Origin: an uncultured Gemmatimonadaceae bacterium
Lineage (GTDB): Bacteria; Gemmatimonadota; Gemmatimonadetes; Gemmatimonadales; Gemmatimonadaceae
DNA length: 64,000 nt
Assembly: GCA_963781585.1 (NCBI GenBank)
Contig: CAWAGQ010000010.1
Location: 224,001-288,000, forward strand
Reading direction: 5' to 3'
Below the pieces are notes generated by a model that was given only the letters and a program-made list of their open reading frames with translations, had not been told where the DNA came from and did no database searches. The position numbers and the translations under genes are program-made. This document shows positions 58,925 to 64,000 of the stretch, piece after piece. Within the stretch, counting starts at the first letter, position 1. Every line of letters begins with the position of its first letter.

Positions 58925-60313
58925 TCACGACAGCGAGAAGTCATCGGTGCTGTCGCCGAAGCCCTTGAGATCGTCGAGACCGAGCTTGTGCATCAGCGCC
59001 AGCATCACGTTGGCCATCGGGGTTCCGTCGGGCGCCCTGAGGTGGAGGTTCCCGGACAACCGGCCGTTCGCATGGCCCAGCACCAGCAGCGGGCAGCGAC
59101 GGTGGTTGTGCAGGTTCCCGTCCGCCATCGGTGAGCCGTAGACGATCATCGTCTTGTCGAGCAGGCTCGCGTCGCCTTCCATCGTGTTCTTCAACTTGTC
59201 CAGGAAGTACGGCAGCATGCTCACGTGATAGCGGTTGATCTTGTTGAAGTCGAGGATGTTCGCCTCGCGCCCGCCGTGGTGCGACGCAGGATGGAACCCC
59301 TTGTCGGTGCCGCTTTCCGGATACGCCCGGCTTGACGCGTCGCGCCCGGTCTTGAACGAGAAGACGCGGGTCATATCGGACTCGAAGGCGAGCACCTGCA
59401 CGTCGAACATCAGCTTCATGTGTTCTTCGAAGGAATCCGGCACGCCCGGAGGCGCCTCGGGCAATTCGCGCGCCTCGCCGCTCGTGTTGCGCGCTTCGAC
59501 GCGTTGAATACGCGTCTCGAGCTCCCGGATGTTCTGCAGGTAGCGATCCAGGCGCTGGCGATCGGCCGGGCCCAGTTCGCGCTTGAGGCCGGACACCTCG
59601 CCGGTGATCCAGTCGAGGATACTTTCGTTCGCCTTGCGCCGCTCGGCGCGGTCGGCGTTGGTGGTTCCCGCGCCGAACAGGAGGTCGAACGCCACGCGCG
59701 GATTCCGGATCATCGGCAGAGGCTCGCTGGGACTCGACCAGCTGATGGTGTCGGTATAGGCGCAGGCGTAGTTGTAGTAGCATCCGCCGGCCTGGTCGAG
59801 ATTCTCGATACAGAGCTGCATGGACGGGATGGCCGTCTGGTGGCCGATCCGTTGCGCCACGAGCTGGTCCAGTGAGGTCCCGACGTAGAGGTCGGAGCCC
59901 TGGGTCTGTTTCGGGTGCGACTGGGTGAGGAAGACCGCGCTCGACCGGAAGTGATCGCCGCCGATTTCCGGCGCGTCGAACGCTTCCGCCATGCGAACAT
60001 CGGTGTTGCTCACGATGGTCAGGTATTCGCGCCACGGCTCGAGCGAGACCAGCGCTCCGTCGGGATTCAGCGCGAAACTGCGTCCCACCTCCGCCGGCGC
60101 CCAGAGGTTCCTGGTCGCGCCCCAGGCATTGCAACCGGCCGCCCCGTGCACGAGTTCGATCGCCACCAGGCGCGTCTTGTCGTCGACCGGGCTGTGGCGG
60201 CTGAACAGCCGTGCCGCGGGCACCATGGCGTCGAGATACGGGAGGGCGATGGTCGCCCCCATGCCCCGGAGAAACGTCCGGCGTGGAATGCTCTTCCCGC
60301 TGAGGATGTGCAT
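58925..60313 (-). CDS. DUF1552 family protein
   Basis: IPRRTFLRGMGATIALPYLDAMVP; SLDQLVA; FHPASHH; DGNLHNH. Confidence 0.85.
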   Translation of the reverse strand: MHILSGKSIPRRTFLRGMGATIALPYLDAMVPAARLFSRHSPVDDKTRLVAIELVHGAAGCNAWGATRNLWAPAEVGRSFALNPDGALVSLEPWREYLTIVSNTDVRMAEAFDAPEIGGDHFRSSAVFLTQSHPKQTQGSDLYVGTSLDQLVAQRIGHQTAIPSMQLCIENLDQAGGCYYNYACAYTDTISWSSPSEPLPMIRNPRVAFDLLFGAGTTNADRAERRKANESILDWITGEVSGLKRELGPADRQRLDRYLQNIRELETRIQRVEARNTSGEARELPEAPPGVPDSFEEHMKLMFDVQVLAFESDMTRVFSFKTGRDASSRAYPESGTDKGFHPASHHGGREANILDFNKINRYHVSMLPYFLDKLKNTMEGDASLLDKTMIVYGSPMADGNLHNHRRCPLLVLGHANGRLSGNLHLRAPDGTPMANVMLALMHKLGLDDLKGFGDSTDDFSLS

Positions 60314-60340
60314 GTGTATGGGTCTCCCCGAAGTGGATCG

Positions 60341-62761
60341 CTACCGACCGCCGTGTCCGCTGTTGCCGTCCGCCGCCGCGTCTGCGCGCTTGGCGCGGAA
60401 CGCGTTGCTGTTCACGATACCGGTGATGATCGACGAGATCCGGTATCCATCTGCTGCCGCGTCGCGCACCAGCGCGCGCACGGTGGGTTGATCGTAGTCC
60501 TCGATGCGCCGCCCGATGGCGTAGGCCATCAGGTTCTCGGTGAACGCCCGCACCAGCGGAATCGGGCGCTTGAGCAGCGCGTTGGTCAGGTCGGCCGGCG
60601 ACGCGATTTCGCTGCCGTCGTACATGCGTCCCCGCGTATCGAGGGGCTCGCCGTTCTCGCGATATCGCCACCGTCCTGTGACGTCGAAATTGTCGAGGGC
60701 GAGGCCGATCGGATCCATGTACTGGTGACAGGCATTGCACACCAGGTTGTGGCGATGGATCTCCATCCGTTCGCGGGTGGTGAGCATCCGGCCGTTCCTG
60801 GCGTCCTCGGTCTCGTCGAGCGTCGGCACGTTAGGCGGCGGCGGAGGCGGGGGCATCCCGATCAGCACTTGCATGACCCACTTGCCGCGCAGCACCGGGG
60901 AGGTCCGGTTCGCCAGCGACGTCTGCACCAGGATGCTCCCCTGGCCAAGCAGGCCGCGGCGCGTGTCGTCCGGATACTGCACACGCTGAAAGTCCGGTCC
61001 TCGCACGCCGGGGATCCCGTAGTGCCGGGCGAGGCGCTCGTTGACGAAGGTGTAGTCGGCGGTGAACAGATCGAGCACGCTCCGGTCGCCGCGCACGATG
61101 TCGTAGAAGAACAGCTCCGTCTCGCGCCGCATCGCGTCGGCCAGCTGCTGGTCGAAGTCGGGGAACCAGAACGCGTCGGGGCGCACCTTGTCGAGATCCT
61201 GGAGACGCAGCCATTGCGCGGCGAACCGGGTCGCGAGTGCCTCGGACCGCGGGTCGTCCAGCATCCGACGCACCTGCTTGTCCAGGACCTCCTCATTCGA
61301 CAGCTGGTGCTGCTGCGCCAGCGCGAGGAGTGTCTGATCGGGGAGGGATCCCCAGAGAAAGAACGAGAGCCGCGACGCCAGGTCGTAGTCGCCGAGCTGG
61401 TAGTCTTCTCCCGCCTGGACGTTCGGCGGCGCCGTCTCGATCCGGAAGACGAAGTACGGGCTGGCGAGCATTGCCTGCAGTGCCAGGCGCACTCCTTCCT
61501 CGAATCCTCCCTGCTTCACGCCCTTGTCGTAGAAGGACAGCAGACCCTGCAGGTCGTGCGCATCGAGCGGTCGACGGTACGCCCTGGTGCCGATTCGCGT
61601 CAGGATCTGGCGTGCGCAGGTTCGCGCCGCCGCCGCGGCGCTCGGGTGGCACGAAAAGATCAACCGCCGGCTGGGAGAGTCGGACACGCCGGTGATCTTC
61701 GTCGGGCCGATGATCGCCAGCTCCACCATGTGCGGGGGCTCGGTGGTGCCGACGCTCGCGGTGCCGTTCGAAGCCTGCGACCAGTCGTGTGGCTTGATCA
61801 GGTCCTCGTATGGCCCATCCGTCGTGCGCACGAACGCGGCGGCCACCCGTTGCTGGCCGGCTCGCACGAACAGGGGCTCGGTTCGCACGTAGTCGGCCCC
61901 CTCCGGCGCGTCGGCCGACGCGAACGTGCGCTCGATGCCTTTCTCGTAATGCAGGAGGGCGACGCGCTCCCCGTTGATCGAGACGTCGACGTCCTCGAGG
62001 CGCATGCCCACGCCGGCAGCCACGTTCATCCGGAACGTGTACATGCCGTCGGCCGGGAAGACGTAGTCCGCGACGATGCCGCCGCGCGTCCCGTACGGCG
62101 CGCCGTCGGCGTGATTCCAGGGGTGCTGCGATACGAACGGCGACGACCGGAACGCCGCGATCGTTGACGGCGCGTGTCGATCGCCGATCGCCATGCGACT
62201 CACCGCCGCGGCCGCGTTGAGATACGACTCGAGCAGGGTGGGGGAGAGGGCCTGCACGTCGGCGATGTTGTCGAAGTTCGCACTCTTCGTGTCGAGCGGG
62301 AGAAAGTCACCGGCGTCGATCTCGACCCCGAGCAGGTCCTTGACCGCGCGTTCGTACTCGGCCTGGTTCATCCGCTGAAACGGGCGCGACCCAGGGTTGG
62401 GCCGGGCCGCGCTGTCGATCACGCGCTCCAAGGTCTCGACCAGCCCTACCAGCGTGTCGCCCCCCGGCCTGCGTGCACCCGGTGGCGGCATCATGTCGGC
62501 CCGCAACTTCCGGATCATCTTCTCCGACTGCGCCAGCCGGCTGTACGCCGTTTCGACCGCGTACCCGTCGACCGACATGTTGCCCTTCAGCGTCTTGTCG
62601 TTATGACACGTGCCGCAGTACCGCTGCACAACGGGGTCGAATGCGCTGGCGGGCATGCCGCGCGCGGTGGTCGGATCGGGCAGGCTTCCGCCGACGGCGG
62701 TCCCACGCGCGAACACGACCGTGGCTGCCGTGCCCGCAACCAGAGCGGCGAGTATCCTCAT
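60341..62761 (-). CDS. DUF1587/1595/1592/1588/1585 cytochrome c-like protein
   Basis: CGTCH and CNACH heme motifs; LASRLSFFLW; RTSPVLRGKWV. Confidence 0.9.
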   Translation of the reverse strand: MRILAALVAGTAATVVFARGTAVGGSLPDPTTARGMPASAFDPVVQRYCGTCHNDKTLKGNMSVDGYAVETAYSRLAQSEKMIRKLRADMMPPPGARRPGGDTLVGLVETLERVIDSAARPNPGSRPFQRMNQAEYERAVKDLLGVEIDAGDFLPLDTKSANFDNIADVQALSPTLLESYLNAAAAVSRMAIGDRHAPSTIAAFRSSPFVSQHPWNHADGAPYGTRGGIVADYVFPADGMYTFRMNVAAGVGMRLEDVDVSINGERVALLHYEKGIERTFASADAPEGADYVRTEPLFVRAGQQRVAAAFVRTTDGPYEDLIKPHDWSQASNGTASVGTTEPPHMVELAIIGPTKITGVSDSPSRRLIFSCHPSAAAAARTCARQILTRIGTRAYRRPLDAHDLQGLLSFYDKGVKQGGFEEGVRLALQAMLASPYFVFRIETAPPNVQAGEDYQLGDYDLASRLSFFLWGSLPDQTLLALAQQHQLSNEEVLDKQVRRMLDDPRSEALATRFAAQWLRLQDLDKVRPDAFWFPDFDQQLADAMRRETELFFYDIVRGDRSVLDLFTADYTFVNERLARHYGIPGVRGPDFQRVQYPDDTRRGLLGQGSILVQTSLANRTSPVLRGKWVMQVLIGMPPPPPPPNVPTLDETEDARNGRMLTTRERMEIHRHNLVCNACHQYMDPIGLALDNFDVTGRWRYRENGEPLDTRGRMYDGSEIASPADLTNALLKRPIPLVRAFTENLMAYAIGRRIEDYDQPTVRALVRDAAADGYRISSIITGIVNSNAFRAKRADAAADGNSGHGGR

Positions 62762-62888
62762 GCTGGACAGTCTCTCCCGTACGTCCCAGGCGCCGTAAGT
62801 GGCCAGCGGCTCAGCACTTCAATCCCGCATCGGGACGTCGGAAAAGCAAGAGGTGAGCGAAAACTCGCGGACGCGCGGCAGACCCTGC

Positions 62889-62933
62889 CGGGGGTACGTG
62901 CCGCCTGCCGGCGGGGGTACGTGCCGCCTGCCG
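62889..62933. repeat. 22-bp direct repeat upstream of the DUF1592 operon
   Basis: CGGGGGTACGTGCCGCCTGCCG at 62889-62910 and 62912-62933. Confidence 0.85.
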
Positions 62934-62972
62934 CCAGCGGTACGCGCTGCCTCGTCGGCTGGCGACTATCCG

Positions 62973-63311
62973 CTAGGCACCCTCGCGCCCGGGCCCGGTC
63001 GCGTCGGGGGTCGCCGTCGCGCGCAATTCCGGATGCCGCTCGAGGTACGCCTTCACGAACGGACAGCGCACGACGACCCGCTGGCCCGCTGAGCGAGCCG
63101 ACTCGAGTGCGAATCGCGCCAGCCTGGCTGCGAGCCCACGGCCGCGCAGCGACGGCGGCACCTCGGTGTGGACCAGAACCACCACCCCCGGGCGGCGGCG
63201 GTATTCGAGAAACGCCGTCTGCCCGCCGACCGCGATCTCGTAGCGATGGGCGTCGGCGTTGTCGCGCACGGCCGCACTGTCGAGCGGTCCGGACGGCTCC
63301 GGGTCGGTCAT
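62973..63311 (-). CDS. Small GNAT family acetyltransferase (YjdJ-like)
   Basis: HTEVPPSLRGRGLA...CPFV. Confidence 0.85.
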   Translation of the reverse strand: MTDPEPSGPLDSAAVRDNADAHRYEIAVGGQTAFLEYRRRPGVVVLVHTEVPPSLRGRGLAARLARFALESARSAGQRVVVRCPFVKAYLERHPELRATATPDATGPGREGA

Positions 63312-63332
63312 CGGACGGTGCCGGGACGCCGC

Positions 63333-64000
63333 CTAACGAGGCAGCTGCACCCGCTGGACGTACCGGAGGTCGTCCTCGTCCGTGCGCACCGTGTAGACCG
63401 CGCCCTGGCCCACCGCGGCCAGCGTCACCTTCTTCGGCAGGCGCCAGCGCGCGACCAGCTTGCCGCTCTGATCGATCACGTCCCACTGCTCGCGGCCGAT
63501 GCGAACTGGCGTGGAGCGCTTCACCCACAGCCGGCCGTCCGGCGCCGCCAGCGCGCCTAACGGTGCGACCGGAGGATACTCGCTCGGCCACGTGTCCGGC
63601 GGCAGGATGTCGAACGTCATGGTCACGTTGGCCGGCATCATCTTCTGGACCGCGCGCGACTGCTCGGCGGTCTGGCGCTTGACCTCGTCCATCTCGGCCT
63701 TCTTGTCCGCGTCCGTCACGGCGATGTGATCGTATGGCACCTTCACTGGCGCCGAGTGCTTCCCGTCGGGACTGATGAACTCCACGGTGTAGCTGCCGCC
63801 GCGCAGCACGGCCACGCGTCCGTCAGGAAACACCGTCCAGGGGTCCGACGCGACGAGCCCCGGGAATGCCAGGGTGTATTTGAACGCCGTGGTCCCCGTC
63901 TGCTTCATCTCCGGCTTGCCGCTGGTGGGGAACCGCACTTTCGCCAGCTCCTCGCGGCCTGTCTTGGTGCGTGGATCGAAGCGGACCACCGATACCGAAT
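63333..64000 (-). CDS. Beta-propeller-like protein, 3' part (start outside the window)
   Basis: FPDGRVAV, APDGRLWV, WDVID, TDEDDLRYVQR resemble the paralogs in this window. Confidence 0.7.
   Translation of the reverse strand, partial: SVSVVRFDPRTKTGREELAKVRFPTSGKPEMKQTGTTAFKYTLAFPGLVASDPWTVFPDGRVAVLRGGSYTVEFISPDGKHSAPVKVPYDHIAVTDADKKAEMDEVKRQTAEQSRAVQKMMPANVTMTFDILPPDTWPSEYPPVAPLGALAAPDGRLWVKRSTPVRIGREQWDVIDQSGKLVARWRLPKKVTLAAVGQGAVYTVRTDEDDLRYVQRVQLPR

Noticed and set aside
56746..62761. DUF1592-DUF1552-ankyrin operon as the novel system
   Set aside because: Uncharacterised but a widely recurring, already catalogued gene cluster
5789..63682. Long alternative-frame ORFs (e.g. 5789..7393, 26624..28882, 51735..53252, 59915..62167, 62174..63682)
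   Set aside because: They are antisense or shifted shadows of recognisable genes in high-GC DNA, Arg/Pro/Ala-rich and without motifs

Overview
High-GC bacterial chromosomal DNA. The gene content (stand-alone ADOP-type ABC permeases, a Ser/Thr kinase with a TolB-like C-terminal domain, a DUF1592/DUF1552/ankyrin operon, a VPS10-like propeller protein and several paralogous secreted propeller proteins) suggests Gemmatimonadota or a similar lineage; this is inference. Ordinary content includes a sulfatase, a partial polysaccharide/nucleotide-sugar cluster (5.3-12.7 kb), an ArsR-SRPBCC-VOC operon with a visible operator, DoxX-YciI genes with two ECF42-like promoters, a copper nitrite reductase (nirK) and a LytS/LytTR pair. 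No rRNA, tRNA or CRISPR array was seen. The standout is a lower-GC segment at about 50.4-56.6 kb that ends in an IS256 remnant. It encodes three paralogous 71-aa secreted, acidic, 10-cysteine mini-proteins (C-x3-C-x6-CC-x6/7/8-CC-x6-CC-x6-C-x4-C, granulin-like spacing). They are interleaved with a membrane-anchored DsbA-family oxidoreductase, followed by a secreted beta-propeller-like gene and preceded by a frameshifted AraC-like regulator. This is a candidate undescribed disulfide-rich peptide system. All family assignments come from motif recognition by eye; no searches were run.
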